Made by a program: the position numbers and the translations under genes | From: Candidatus Bathyarchaeota archaeon | Lineage (GTDB): Archaea > Thermoproteota > Bathyarchaeia > Bathyarchaeales > Bathycorpusculaceae | Reading direction: 5' to 3' | Length of the DNA: 64,000 nt | Assembly (NCBI GenBank): GCA_963828195.1 | Contig: CAWHDT010000007.1 | Location: 1-64,000, forward strand | Part shown: one piece after another, positions 8,917 to 18,075 of the stretch | Position numbering within the stretch: the stretch's first letter is position 1 | How the letters are laid out: every line of letters starts with the position of its first letter | The notes under the pieces: model-generated | What the model was told of the DNA's origin: nothing | Database searches by the model: none | The model's input: the letters and a program-made list of their open reading frames with translations, nothing else

Positions 8917-9258
8917 CTATAAATCAGTTCGTTGCCTTTGAAATTCTGCACCACATACCAATAATCCACTCATGTGATTTTCAACGTGGAATTTGTATGC
9001 TTGAGCATTTCCAATTTTCCTAGTTGGAATTGCAAATCCCATTTTGATAAGCTTTTCTAAGGCTTCTTTAGTTGTTTTATAGGATAGGTTTGCTGACTCA
9101 GCTAACATGGATATTGTTTGCTCCATGTTTCCTACAATTAGAGCCTGATCAAATAATCTGGCTGTAGGTCCTCCAAATATGCTTGAGAATGGTCCTCTTG
9201 TGGCATACTCTTCTGCATCATTTTTTTGTTCGTTTTGTTCTTTCGTTAATGTTTGCAA
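8917..9258 (-). CDS. Winged helix-turn-helix regulator
   Basis: TISMLAESANLSYKTTKEALEKLIKMG...RKIGNAQAYK; GAGGA RBS. Confidence 0.85.
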   Translation of the reverse strand: MQTLTKEQNEQKNDAEEYATRGPFSSIFGGPTARLFDQALIVGNMEQTISMLAESANLSYKTTKEALEKLIKMGFAIPTRKIGNAQAYKFHVENHMSGLLVCGAEFQRQRTDL

Positions 9259-9406
9259 TTTTTTTCCTCCTATAAGCCTTCTCTAATTACTTTACTACTA
9301 CCTACTATAACACCAGTAGATATAAATTTTACTATAATACAATGAGTTTGTAAAAAAATACAATGTATTCAAAGCTTTAAAACATACCGATTCATAATAG
9401 CTATCC

Positions 9407-9757
9407 ATGCCAGCCAAAAGCCTTTCATCCCTAAAACCAAGAGAGAGAAAATTCGCTGGCTTTATTCTTAATAAATTGTGGACTGATAACTATTGGTGTG
9501 GTGAAGGTAGACGACAACACTTAGGGCATACTTCAAAAACAAATTTGCCCAAAGGGCTCCCTCGCAGTGATGCTGGTGAAGTGCAAGAGGTCGCTGATAA
9601 ACTTATCAAATTGGGCTTTATTTGTAAAGTAAGTGCAACCGGAGATATTCATGTATGTGCTAGTAGATCACCTGAAAAAATAGACGATGGCCTTGTTGTG
9701 GTGAATGAATATAGGGCTTCAGTTGGTCTAGTTCTTTTGGAAAGAGACCAAATATAA
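9407..9757 (+). CDS. Hypothetical wHTH-like protein (GHTSxxNLPKG type)
   Basis: 116-aa ORF divergent from the wHTH gene. Confidence 0.65.
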   Translation: MPAKSLSSLKPRERKFAGFILNKLWTDNYWCGEGRRQHLGHTSKTNLPKGLPRSDAGEVQEVADKLIKLGFICKVSATGDIHVCASRSPEKIDDGLVVVNEYRASVGLVLLERDQI

Positions 9758-10009
9758 ACTTTAGACTACTACCTAATGCAAATTATCGTAAAAGCAACAT
9801 GAGAAATTAATTCTAGAGAAAACTGCATAAAACATTTTATATTTATTTGGATTCGTAGGGTCACTTATTATGCTCTCAGGTATTCCACGCTCTTGGGCGA
9901 CTACAAAGTAAAGTAGCACCCATAGGTATAACATCATTCTTCTTTTTCAATGATGTTTTCATAAATTAGAAGATACTTCCACTACTTTAAGCAACTTTTT
10001 GATGGTCAA

Positions 10010-10037
10010 AAGTCTTAAATCTGCATAGCATAGAAAA
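10010..10037 (+). repeat. Motif A copy
   Basis: AAGTCTTAAATCTGCATAGCATAGAAAA. Confidence 0.9.
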
Positions 10038-10097
10038 TAATCAGTGATTAGATTGATTGATATTTTCAATCACTTTATTGTCCATTGACCTAAACTT

Positions 10098-10937
10098 TTA
10101 GGATAAGGCTGTTTTCAGAAATTCAGCCAATTTAATAGTCTCGATTTCTAAATTGCAATATGGACATACTTTTAATTGTTCTAAACTCGTTTCTCTTTCA
10201 ACCTTTAGATTACCACCGCAGTGTGGGCATCGATACACAGCTACAATCCCTTCTTGTCGCAATTGGCGTAATAAGTCATTTACATCAATGTTCTTGATGA
10301 TTATTTCCTGTTTAATTGTTGGCGTCTTGGAATCAGGAGTGTATTTTCCTTGTTCCCAAGCCCCAATATTGAGAGATATTGGGGCAACGATAAATATTAA
10401 TTGGTTATTTGCAATTTGGATTGGATACATCTGGTTTTTATGTATGAAAACCTTGAGTTCCTTCCAACGAGTGCCAAAAATATCATTCATGCAATTTACA
10501 ACGCCATCAACCAATCTTCGGTCTACAATTGTTTTTCTTAGACCAACTATGGGTCCTCCGTTTGCATTGACTCCGCAATCAAGCGAATCCAAGGTTACTT
10601 GCAGGAAGTTTTGAAAATTGACGTTATTGACGTGCTCGATAAATGAACTTGATGTTATCATAATTATTCTCAATTCGTCGGTTGCATATTCAGTTAATAG
10701 AGGCTCAGGTAGTATAGCAAACGTCATTGGGTTGACCCTTATGTTCCATTTGCGTCCAGTCCACTCCGACATATATTGGATAACTTCTTTGTAGCGGGGA
10801 GCAGTCTTTATTGATACTTCGATAGAATTTTGTTGCTCTTCAACATGGCTTGTTGTTTGTTCTTTCTTTTTATTTGTTCCAAAGAGGGGTATCTCAAAGC
10901 ACCAGCAGTTTCCATTCACAAATGTGCGGATGTCCAA
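10098..10937 (-). CDS. Hypothetical protein with C-terminal Zn ribbon; true start probably downstream
   Basis: CPHCGG...CPYC motif. Confidence 0.7.
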   Translation of the reverse strand: MDIRTFVNGNCWCFEIPLFGTNKKKEQTTSHVEEQQNSIEVSIKTAPRYKEVIQYMSEWTGRKWNIRVNPMTFAILPEPLLTEYATDELRIIMITSSSFIEHVNNVNFQNFLQVTLDSLDCGVNANGGPIVGLRKTIVDRRLVDGVVNCMNDIFGTRWKELKVFIHKNQMYPIQIANNQLIFIVAPISLNIGAWEQGKYTPDSKTPTIKQEIIIKNIDVNDLLRQLRQEGIVAVYRCPHCGGNLKVERETSLEQLKVCPYCNLEIETIKLAEFLKTALS

Positions 10938-10999
10938 ATTAATTTATTGGTTCGTTTAAGTATTGTTGGGTTAAAATAGTTGGTCATGAACACGTTTGC

Positions 11000-11026
11000 T
11001 CAAGGGGTTAAAATGTACTCAGCAGC
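11000..11026 (+). repeat. B-type core plus right arm
   Basis: TCAAGGGGTTAAAA TGTACTCAGCAGC. Confidence 0.6.
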
Positions 11027-11044
11027 TAAGTATTCACAATCAAT

Positions 11045-11071
11045 AAGTCTTAAATCTGAAAAGCGTAGAAA
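11045..11071 (+). repeat. Motif A copy
   Basis: AAGTCTTAAATCTGAAAAGCGTAGAAA. Confidence 0.9.
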
Positions 11072-11115
11072 CAGCATTGAGTATAAAGAAGCACAATAGC
11101 CTTGGTAAAGGTAAC

Positions 11116-11409
11116 ATGCCAATTGAGCCTTTAAGATGTAAAGTATGCGGTGGAATGTTAGACGCTAACTTAAAGTGTCCCTACTGTGGAGCGCTTCACG
11201 TTAGAGTAAACAATATTATTATGGTAATGAAGATATGCCCTAAACACTTAATCGCTTATTCCGCTAACCTCTGTCCTAAATGCAGTCAAGAAAAAAAAGC
11301 AGAGTCGGAAAGAAAAGAAAAAGAAAAGCTTGAGTTTGAACACTGGAAACAACGCCATTCAGCTTTCCTAACTAAAGCAGGACTCGTTAAAGAGGAAACA
11401 TCAAAATGA
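11116..11409 (+). CDS. Zn-finger protein
   Basis: CKVCGG...CPYCG and CPKH...CPKC motifs; a hydrophobic 28-codon ORF at 11406-11492 overlaps its stop. Confidence 0.65.
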   Translation: MPIEPLRCKVCGGMLDANLKCPYCGALHVRVNNIIMVMKICPKHLIAYSANLCPKCSQEKKAESERKEKEKLEFEHWKQRHSAFLTKAGLVKEETSK

Positions 11410-11503
11410 CACTATCGAGCGCTGTTCTTATTCTTGTTGCCATTCCGATTGTAATATATGCAAAGACTCCTTATGAACTTAAAAGGCATTAAACGGTTAG
11501 GGC

Positions 11504-11530
11504 TATTACCGAGTACATTCAAGGGTTAAG
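11504..11530 (+). repeat. Motif B (left arm plus core)
   Basis: TATTACCGAGTACATTCAAGGGTTAAG; 25/27 identical to 29134-29160. Confidence 0.9.
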
Positions 11531-11535
11531 AATTT

Positions 11536-11580
11536 CGCTATTTAGAGAAGATAAGTCTTAAATCTGAATAGCGTAGAAAA
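11536..11580 (+). repeat. Motif A copy with palindromic arms
   Basis: CGCTATTTAGA-N16-TCTGAATAGCG (10/11 inverted match), containing AAGTCTTAAATCTG. Confidence 0.9.
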
Positions 11581-11598
11581 TACCACATTAGATAAGAA

Positions 11599-11835
11599 AT
11601 GAATTGGCATAGATGGTCACGACAAACTTGCAGAAATTGCAAACATTTCCCTCTAAACATGGATAGTGTTTGTTATGTAGATGAAATGGGCAGAAAAATT
11701 TTCACTCAATGTGTCTATGTGAAATATAATGTCTATCCAAATACACGGGCATGTGAACAATTTACAGCAATGAAGGGTAAAAGTAGAGAAGAACAATTCA
11801 GTAAACTATTAACTTCATTGATACCTAAAAAATAG
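11599..11835 (+). CDS. Small Cys-rich hypothetical protein
   Basis: CRNCKHF...C...ACEQF; 18 bp after motif A. Confidence 0.65.
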   Translation: MNWHRWSRQTCRNCKHFPLNMDSVCYVDEMGRKIFTQCVYVKYNVYPNTRACEQFTAMKGKSREEQFSKLLTSLIPKK

Positions 11836-11863
11836 CCCTACCTTTTGTTTTTTAAAGCATGAT

Positions 11864-11889
11864 AAGTCTTAAATCTGCATAGCATATAA
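11864..11889 (+). repeat. Motif A copy
   Basis: AAGTCTTAAATCTGCATAGCATATAA. Confidence 0.9.
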
Positions 11890-11918
11890 TAGAAAAATTG
11901 TGAGTGAGGGAATCAAAA

Positions 11919-12311
11919 ATGAGAGAAAAATCAACTACCGACTCTAAAAAACCAAAAGATAACGGTGACACTGCACCTTCGCATGACGAAATCAGATACT
12001 CAATCCTAACGATACTTTACAAAAAGGCAGAGAAAACTCCTTCCGACGCCACAGTAAGCAGAGAACAACTTGGAGAAATTTTAGGTGTAGAAGACAATAA
12101 AATTGACTTTAATTTAAAATATCTTGAACAAAAAAAACTCATAGACCGACCACAATTGTTTCAAGGTTCATATAAGTTGTCAGCAAGAATAACTGCCGAT
12201 GGAATAGACATTATAGAACATAAAGAAGAAAACAAGAAGCAATTTCCATTTTTAAGTGCGACAATCCCTATACAAATTCAAAATAAATTTTGTCTTATTA
12301 ACATCGGCTAA
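11919..12311 (+). CDS. Winged-helix domain protein
   Basis: ILTILY...LGEILG...NLKYLEQKKLI...ARITADGIDIIE. Confidence 0.75.
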   Translation: MREKSTTDSKKPKDNGDTAPSHDEIRYSILTILYKKAEKTPSDATVSREQLGEILGVEDNKIDFNLKYLEQKKLIDRPQLFQGSYKLSARITADGIDIIEHKEENKKQFPFLSATIPIQIQNKFCLINIG

Positions 12312-12406
12312 CATCGCTTAGATCATGTGTGACCGCTAAAGAAGTTTGATTAGCCGAAAATATAAGTATGGGTATGTTTTTTGGCTTTAAGCAGTTTGGC
12401 TTTTTT

Positions 12407-12706
12407 TTAATCAGTTGTTTGTCTTTGTGACCTTTTATATCTCTTTATTTCCCCAGAATCCCTTGTTTGAAACCCGATTTCGTCAAAGTTTATAACACCA
12501 TCATTGAGAATAATTATGTTATGAAACTTTGCAATTGTTACTGCCATCTGCTCTGGAACATGTCCAATTTCAGTAAACTCAGCGTCATTAAGGATTTCTT
12601 TTTGATATTTTGGATTTACGTAGATTTTTTCTATTTTCTTCCCTTTCGTTTCATTTGCTCGGATTAATTCCCTAATATCATCCGTTATGCTATTTTTATA
12701 TGGCAT
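12407..12706 (-). CDS. Hypothetical protein
   Basis: 99-aa ATG ORF with GAGG RBS, downstream of a minus-strand motif A. Confidence 0.65.
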   Translation of the reverse strand: MPYKNSITDDIRELIRANETKGKKIEKIYVNPKYQKEILNDAEFTEIGHVPEQMAVTIAKFHNIIILNDGVINFDEIGFQTRDSGEIKRYKRSQRQTTD

Positions 12707-12732
12707 TTTGAAACCTCTGTTTTGGCTCTTAT

Positions 12733-12756
12733 TGTTGCTGTGCAGATTTAAGACTT
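12733..12756 (-). repeat. Motif A copy (minus strand)
   Basis: Reverse complement reads AAGTCTTAAATCTGCACAGCAACA. Confidence 0.85.
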
Positions 12757-12835
12757 TGCACGTTTGGCTATTTTCAACTATTTTTAATCAAACTGTTTAA
12801 TTCGCAAAACATAGAAAAAATCAAAGAAAAGAGGT

Positions 12836-13111
12836 TTAAAATTCTGTTCGCTCTTTTGCCTTAGCGAATTTTTTAGCCATTGTCGGCAGAGCTAAAACTT
12901 TGCTCATGGTTTCAGTTGCTACGCTTATTTGAGTCGTGTTTGCTTCTATTTGCGCTTTCAGTTGCTTGTTTTCGGCTCGTAGTTCTGTGATTAGCTCGTT
13001 CTTTGTACTTGTCCCTATTGTGTGCGATTTCTTTATTATACATCTCAAGATCGATAACCAAATCGTCGAGAGGTCGCCCCATATCGCATTCCTGAACTTT
13101 TCTCTAAGCAT
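12836..13111 (-). pseudogene. Coiled-coil C-terminal gene fragment, possibly an integrase tail remnant
   Basis: ELITELRAENKQLKAQIE coiled coil; upstream frames are interrupted. Confidence 0.3.
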
Positions 13112-13317
13112 TAATAATCATACTACTTTCGGTGCAAAAGCTGTTGCGGAGCATGTGCGTTTTGCCATGCAAGTACTTCGATTGCAAGACCTTTAATAGT
13201 TCTTAAACACAAAAGACTATATTGTGCTTATTCGCATGGACAAGTTGCGTTTAGCTTGAGCTACTCCGTGAGCATGCCGCTAACATCAGCGAAGGGTTTG
13301 ACTGGTGAGATAAAAAA

Positions 13318-14910
13318 ATGAAGCAAGGAACAACAAAGACGTTGAGAGTTGGCTGCATACTTCTCGTTATCTTTTTCTTATCTTTCACATTATTGCAGCC
13401 AATTCGAGCGCAGACGGTAACGGCGACGGTACCCGTTGGAAGCTTCCCTGGCGGTGTGGCTGTAACACCCGACGGCGCATACACTTACGTAACAAATACT
13501 GGCAGCAACTCGGTTTCGGTGATTAGCACGGCTACGAACTCGGTGACAACGACGGTACCCGTTGGAAGCGATAGCGGTCCTAATGGTGTTGCTGTGACGC
13601 CCAACGGCGCATACGCCTACGTAACAAATGAGGTCGGTTCGGTGTCGGTGATAAGTACGGCTACGAACACGGTGACGGCATCAGTAACCGTTGGAAGCGA
13701 GCCTTACGGTGTGGCTGTAACGCCTAACGGCGCATATGCCTATGTTGCAAATGAAGCGCAACACTCGCCCAGCAGTACGGTGTCGGTGATAAGTACGGCT
13801 ACGAACACGGTCACATCGACGATAACCGTTGGAAGCTGGCCTTCTGGTGTGGCTTTTACGCCCAACGACGCATACGCCTATGTCACAAATTACAATAGCG
13901 GTTCGGTGTCGGTGATAAGCACGTCTTCAAATACGGTGACATCGACGATAACCGTTGGAAGCGAGCCTTACGGTGTGGCTGTAACGCCTAACGGCGCATA
14001 TGCCTATGTAACAAATAGCGGCGGCACTACGGTCTCGGTGATAAGTACGGCTACGAACACCGTGACGGCGACTATACCTGGTTTAAGCGGTCCTTACGGT
14101 GTGGCTGTAGCGCCCAACGGCGCATACGTCTATGTCACAGATGGCAGTGGCGTTCAGATGATAAGTACAGCTACGAACACGGTGACAGCGACGGTAACCG
14201 GTATAAGCGGTTCTGGTGTGGCTGTAACGCCCAACGGCGAATACGTCTACGTGACAAACGCCGCCAGCGGTACTGTCTCGGTGATAAGCACAACTGCTCC
14301 GACTGCGAGTCCAACTCCGTCTCCAACTTCAATCCCGACGCCAACACCATCTCCAACTGCCGCGACAACACCAGTCCCAACTTCAACGCTAACTCCCGGC
14401 CCGACAGCAACGCCAACACCAACTTCAACGACGTCTCCAACATCATCGCCCTCACCGACCCCAATCCCGACGCCTTCATCGACTTTATCCACAACACATT
14501 CACCAACTTCGCAATTTATTGACTATGTTTTGATCTCTGTAATCGCCTTTGTCGGGGTTTTCTTAATATCAATGACTGTAGTAATTGATAGGCAAAAAAA
14601 TAAACCAGAAAACAAAAAGCCAGGCACACAAACAAAACAAGAAGGAAAAGAAAGACAAAAAACTCAGCAAGATAATAAAGGGTCGTCAACGCAGCCAAAT
14701 CCAAGTTCTGGTAATCCGTATGAGATTTTTGGAGTTCCAAGAAACGCCACCAAAGATCAAGTCATAGAGGCATGGAGAACACTCTCCAAAAAATATCATC
14801 CAGACACTGTTACGGATAAAGAACCACGCGTGCAAGAACTTTTTGCTATAGAGTTCGATAAAATACAAAAAGCTAAGGAACAAATTTTTAAAGCTAGAGG
14901 TTGGAATTAA
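13318..14910 (+). CDS. Secreted YVTN beta-propeller - Pro/Thr linker - TM - C-terminal DnaJ domain protein
   Basis: Signal peptide, seven [15 protein letters not shown] repeats, PT linker, [10 protein letters not shown]...KKYHPD J-domain. Confidence 0.92.
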   Translation: MKQGTTKTLRVGCILLVIFFLSFTLLQPIRAQTVTATVPVGSFPGGVAVTPDGAYTYVTNTGSNSVSVISTATNSVTTTVPVGSDSGPNGVAVTPNGAYAYVTNEVGSVSVISTATNTVTASVTVGSEPYGVAVTPNGAYAYVANEAQHSPSSTVSVISTATNTVTSTITVGSWPSGVAFTPNDAYAYVTNYNSGSVSVISTSSNTVTSTITVGSEPYGVAVTPNGAYAYVTNSGGTTVSVISTATNTVTATIPGLSGPYGVAVAPNGAYVYVTDGSGVQMISTATNTVTATVTGISGSGVAVTPNGEYVYVTNAASGTVSVISTTAPTASPTPSPTSIPTPTPSPTAATTPVPTSTLTPGPTATPTPTSTTSPTSSPSPTPIPTPSSTLSTTHSPTSQFIDYVLISVIAFVGVFLISMTVVIDRQKNKPENKKPGTQTKQEGKERQKTQQDNKGSSTQPNPSSGNPYEIFGVPRNATKDQVIEAWRTLSKKYHPDTVTDKEPRVQELFAIEFDKIQKAKEQIFKARGWN

Positions 14911-15397
14911 AAGCCTTTACAGCGCGACGGACGAAAGTTGTTGTAAACATTTTTTTTGATCTCAATCCTTAAGTTGTTAAATCTATTCCAATTTAAATTT
15001 AGGGTTGTCAATCACCATACGCTTGAATATCTTAAAGTGACCATAAAAACAGTATTAATAATAAATCCATGACGGAATAAATCTTCACTGGATGCAAGTA
15101 TTAATGAGAAACTTTGTGAGGTTTCACTCTGTGTCTATACAAATAAACGGTAATGCCCAGCTAGAATCACACACACCGAAAAGAAAGCAAATGACCAACC
15201 CAAGACATGATAGCGTTTCAAAACTTTTTGGGGTTCTGTCAAGTCTGCGGTTATAGTTATTCTTGTTCTTGCTGTAAATTTTCGGTTGACAGTTACTATC
15301 AAGAGTCGGTTGAAACATTACAAGCCCTCTTCCAAAGTTATTTAAGTCAGCGTAAACTGACTAGTCCGTTGAAAAGCAAGGGAGGCGGAAGGTCATC

Positions 15398-16090
15398 TTG
15401 GTAGGGGTAACTGACATGTATTATTCATTTCTCGAATACCTCGAGGAGCAGAAAGAAAAGATTTCGGTTCTACAGCTGTCTGGAAGAATAGAGGGTTTCC
15501 TTGTAAAAGAATTCGTTTATCATGTTTACAAAAAAACCAAAGGAAAAAATTTCGTTCTAACCAATTACGGTTGTGGAGAAGATAAGCAATACATAGATAT
15601 ATGCTTAATTCGAGAAAAAAGCAATTTCAAGCCAGAGAAAAATGATAAGATTGAAGCGAAATACGAGATTTATGGAATGATTGAAGCGAAATACATAAGA
15701 AATAGGCAGAGATTTTTCGATTATGATGCAAAGGACGAGATAACTGGTAGCTTGACAACCTCCAAGACAAGCCTCAAGAGACAGTTGCGTGCTTTTGAAG
15801 AATCACACCAAGGAAAATGCGATGTGAATTTACTATCCAAGACAAATAACATCTACGGATTAGTCTTTGCCTCCTATGTAAGCGAAGAAAAGGATGAGAA
15901 AGAAAAGAAGGGATTTTACCAACGGGTGCTGAAAGAGGCAAGTGATAGTTTCAGATACCACGACTTAACTAAACCCTATTTTAACGCCATTTTTGATGAT
16001 GCGGAAGTAAAAGTCTTAGAGTCTACTTATTACATTACCTTAAGAGCAGGCTTGTGGGTAAACGCACAGAACGCCTCAAGCTTTGGCTAA
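15398..16090 (+). CDS. PD-(D/E)xK restriction-endonuclease-like protein
   Basis: E (IEGF)...IDICL...MIEAKY catalytic pattern. Confidence 0.65.
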   Translation: MVGVTDMYYSFLEYLEEQKEKISVLQLSGRIEGFLVKEFVYHVYKKTKGKNFVLTNYGCGEDKQYIDICLIREKSNFKPEKNDKIEAKYEIYGMIEAKYIRNRQRFFDYDAKDEITGSLTTSKTSLKRQLRAFEESHQGKCDVNLLSKTNNIYGLVFASYVSEEKDEKEKKGFYQRVLKEASDSFRYHDLTKPYFNAIFDDAEVKVLESTYYITLRAGLWVNAQNASSFG

Positions 16091-16337
16091 TCGAACACTC
16101 CCAATCCGCATCAACCGATTTTTGACAGGCAGAGAAAAACTAGGGATTAACTGCAGACTTGACAGAGCCCATGAGAACATGCTATTTTAATGAAGTTAAT
16201 TTTCACTTTCACTAACCCCTCCACTGCTCCAAAAGTTCGTTTCAACATTTACTTTTTAAGCGATTTCACTCAAAAAAGGTAAGCCCCAAGTGAACGCCTA
16301 TGATAAAGAAATTAGATTGTCTGGAGGCTTAGCAAGC

Positions 16338-16715
16338 ATGGGTAAGACTGTTGAATCTTTCAGGATGGCTCTGGAGGGAGAGATTAACCGGTGGAGCGGC
16401 TTCGCTAGAGCCTTGCGCAAGCCTGATCGGGAAGCTTTTGATGAGCTGATGGATATGTGCAGAACGTATGCTTCAGAAAGCAGCTGTGCAACTAACCCAA
16501 TCGTCTTTGAGCCAATGGTGATGTCTATTTTGCTTTTTCAGCAAAAACGGATTAGGCAACTAGAGCGAGAACTGCAAACGATCGAGCCTAATGTAGCGGA
16601 TCCTGAACCAGCCAGCCCTTCAGAAAGCTGTGAAGCAAGCGTGCCACTCGAATCCAAACCTGAGAAGAACGTTCAAGCTGTTCCAAGTGGAGGTGAGCAA
16701 AGACGGTTGTTTTAA
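16338..16715 (+). CDS. Small helical protein of the PolB2-associated type (arCOG07300-like)
   Basis: MGKTVESFR...W..F.RALRKPDREAFDELM...FEPMVMSILL motif; GGAGG RBS. Confidence 0.7.
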   Translation: MGKTVESFRMALEGEINRWSGFARALRKPDREAFDELMDMCRTYASESSCATNPIVFEPMVMSILLFQQKRIRQLERELQTIEPNVADPEPASPSESCEASVPLESKPEKNVQAVPSGGEQRRLF

Positions 16716-16717
16716 TT

Positions 16718-17014
16718 GTGAGACGTACAGTTAGAAAACCTGTTTCAGAAGCAAGTAAGAAAGAGTGGTTTAGCCAGCTTGAGGATATTGAGTTTGTTTT
16801 TCCCAAGGAATACAGCAAAATTCTTAGCCCTGTGTTTAGCGAAGACTTTGACTTTGATGCTAGATCCGACAATGGCGTGTTAACGTTTACCTTGACGCCT
16901 GTGCCAAAACTGCCTGAAACAAACAAGTCAGAATGCAAAAAACCTACAAAACAGCGCATGAAACTGTACCAGTCATCAAAGATTCCACAGGTGAAATTAA
17001 GTTGCGTCAAATGA
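16718..17014 (+). CDS. Hypothetical protein (AbrB/swapped-hairpin-like)
   Basis: FVFPKE motif shared with the next ORF; ATGA coupling to it. Confidence 0.55.
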   Translation: MRRTVRKPVSEASKKEWFSQLEDIEFVFPKEYSKILSPVFSEDFDFDARSDNGVLTFTLTPVPKLPETNKSECKKPTKQRMKLYQSSKIPQVKLSCVK

Positions 17015-17214
17015 AGATCAAGCTCCAATTTAGCAAAAACAAAACAGACTACTTGCATGGCAAAGGCACCTATTTTTCAGACAGGGTATCACTTCATTTT
17101 CCCAAGGAAACGCATGAGTTTTTCGTACCGTTTAAGGGCAGACATTTAGCTATCGAGGTTTCCCGAAAAGACAAAACAGTTCTTATAATGCTAACAGAGT
17201 TAGATGAAGACTAA
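17011..17214 (+). CDS. Hypothetical protein (AbrB/swapped-hairpin-like)
   Basis: SLHFPKE motif; ATG overlaps the previous stop. Confidence 0.55.
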   Translation: MKIKLQFSKNKTDYLHGKGTYFSDRVSLHFPKETHEFFVPFKGRHLAIEVSRKDKTVLIMLTELDED

Positions 17215-17311
17215 GCCTCTGGATTTACTCCGTCTTTTTTAGAATGTCAAGTTTTTCCCCCGCATCATTTTTGTTTGCTCAGAAAAGCCTGAAATTGCAC
17301 CCGTGAAAACT

Positions 17312-17327
17312 TTCCTGTATACAGGAA
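17312..17327. promoter_or_regulatory. Perfect 16-bp palindrome; second copy at 17443-17457
   Basis: TTCCTGTATACAGGAA and TTCCTGTATACAGCA upstream of a wHTH gene. Confidence 0.6.
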
Positions 17328-17561
17328 TCAGCCTTTTGACCCTCGGCAAAATTCATCTTAAAGCCGGCAGCATCTCTGAACTTTTAACATAATAAATGCA
17401 ATTATGCAAGCCTAAAATCACTTCTGAATTTTGCCCAAGCCATTCCTGTATACAGCACAATTTTACCCCAGACAAAACGCTCCTCAAAACCTGAGCTAAC
17501 GTGATAACCTAGTTTCAACGCCTTCTTGTCCTCTCCAGAGTTGGAAGGGGAGCAGTAAACT

Positions 17562-17933
17562 TTGGCGCCGAAAAAATGCAATGGTACGCCGCTTAAGGTG
17601 TTTAGTGGCAAGGAGGCAAAACTAAATCGCATCATACTGCTCTTGATTCTGCTGAAAGTACTGACTAAGCACGAAGCATTCCTTGAAGTTAGGCGCATTA
17701 AGGGGTGTAGGCATAAGACGTCTGGGACGGTGGGTAGACGTATCAATGCGTTAAGCGAGGGCGGCTACATTACCTCTATTGGAACGAGGCCTTCAAAGAT
17801 TCAAGGAGAATGTGAATTATATGGAATAACCTTGAAGGGCAAAGCAGCGCTTCGATTTGATAAGAAAAGCAATCAAAAATTCTTAGATACGGCTAACAAC
17901 CAAGAACTGTCAACATTCCTGGATATTTACTAG
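17562..17933 (+). CDS. Winged-helix DNA-binding protein
   Basis: TVGRRINALSEGGYI...LYGITLKGKAAL. Confidence 0.7.
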   Translation: MAPKKCNGTPLKVFSGKEAKLNRIILLLILLKVLTKHEAFLEVRRIKGCRHKTSGTVGRRINALSEGGYITSIGTRPSKIQGECELYGITLKGKAALRFDKKSNQKFLDTANNQELSTFLDIY

Positions 17934-18075
17934 ATAGCTACACTCTGACACAGTTTTCCTGTCTTTTCCATGATGAAACTAACATGTCCGTTTTTGGACA
18001 GGTATCTTTGCGACCCCTCACAAAGATGCGCCATCTTTGCAGCGATAGATCATTTTTATTCTTAGCCTGCAAGAC

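Noticed and set aside
10010-10037. Motif A as a XerC/D dif or pdif site
   Set aside because: Shares only TTAAAT with the XerD arm and lacks the 11-6-11 structure
8549-12756. Motif A array as a CRISPR array
   Set aside because: Spacing is 300-1500 bp, contains whole genes and mixes orientations; no cas genes are present
14171-14506. Antisense and alternate-frame ORFs over repeat-rich genes (also 21497-22359, 3425-3817, 53596-53886 and many within metabolic genes)
   Set aside because: Shadows of strongly supported genes, with no independent motifs or RBS
15060-15404. Short overlapping ORFs before the nuclease
   Set aside because: No recognisable motifs; probably decayed sequence
17312-17327. 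LexA/SOS box
   Set aside because: The CTGT-ACAG spacer is 2 bp rather than 8 bp, and the host is archaeal
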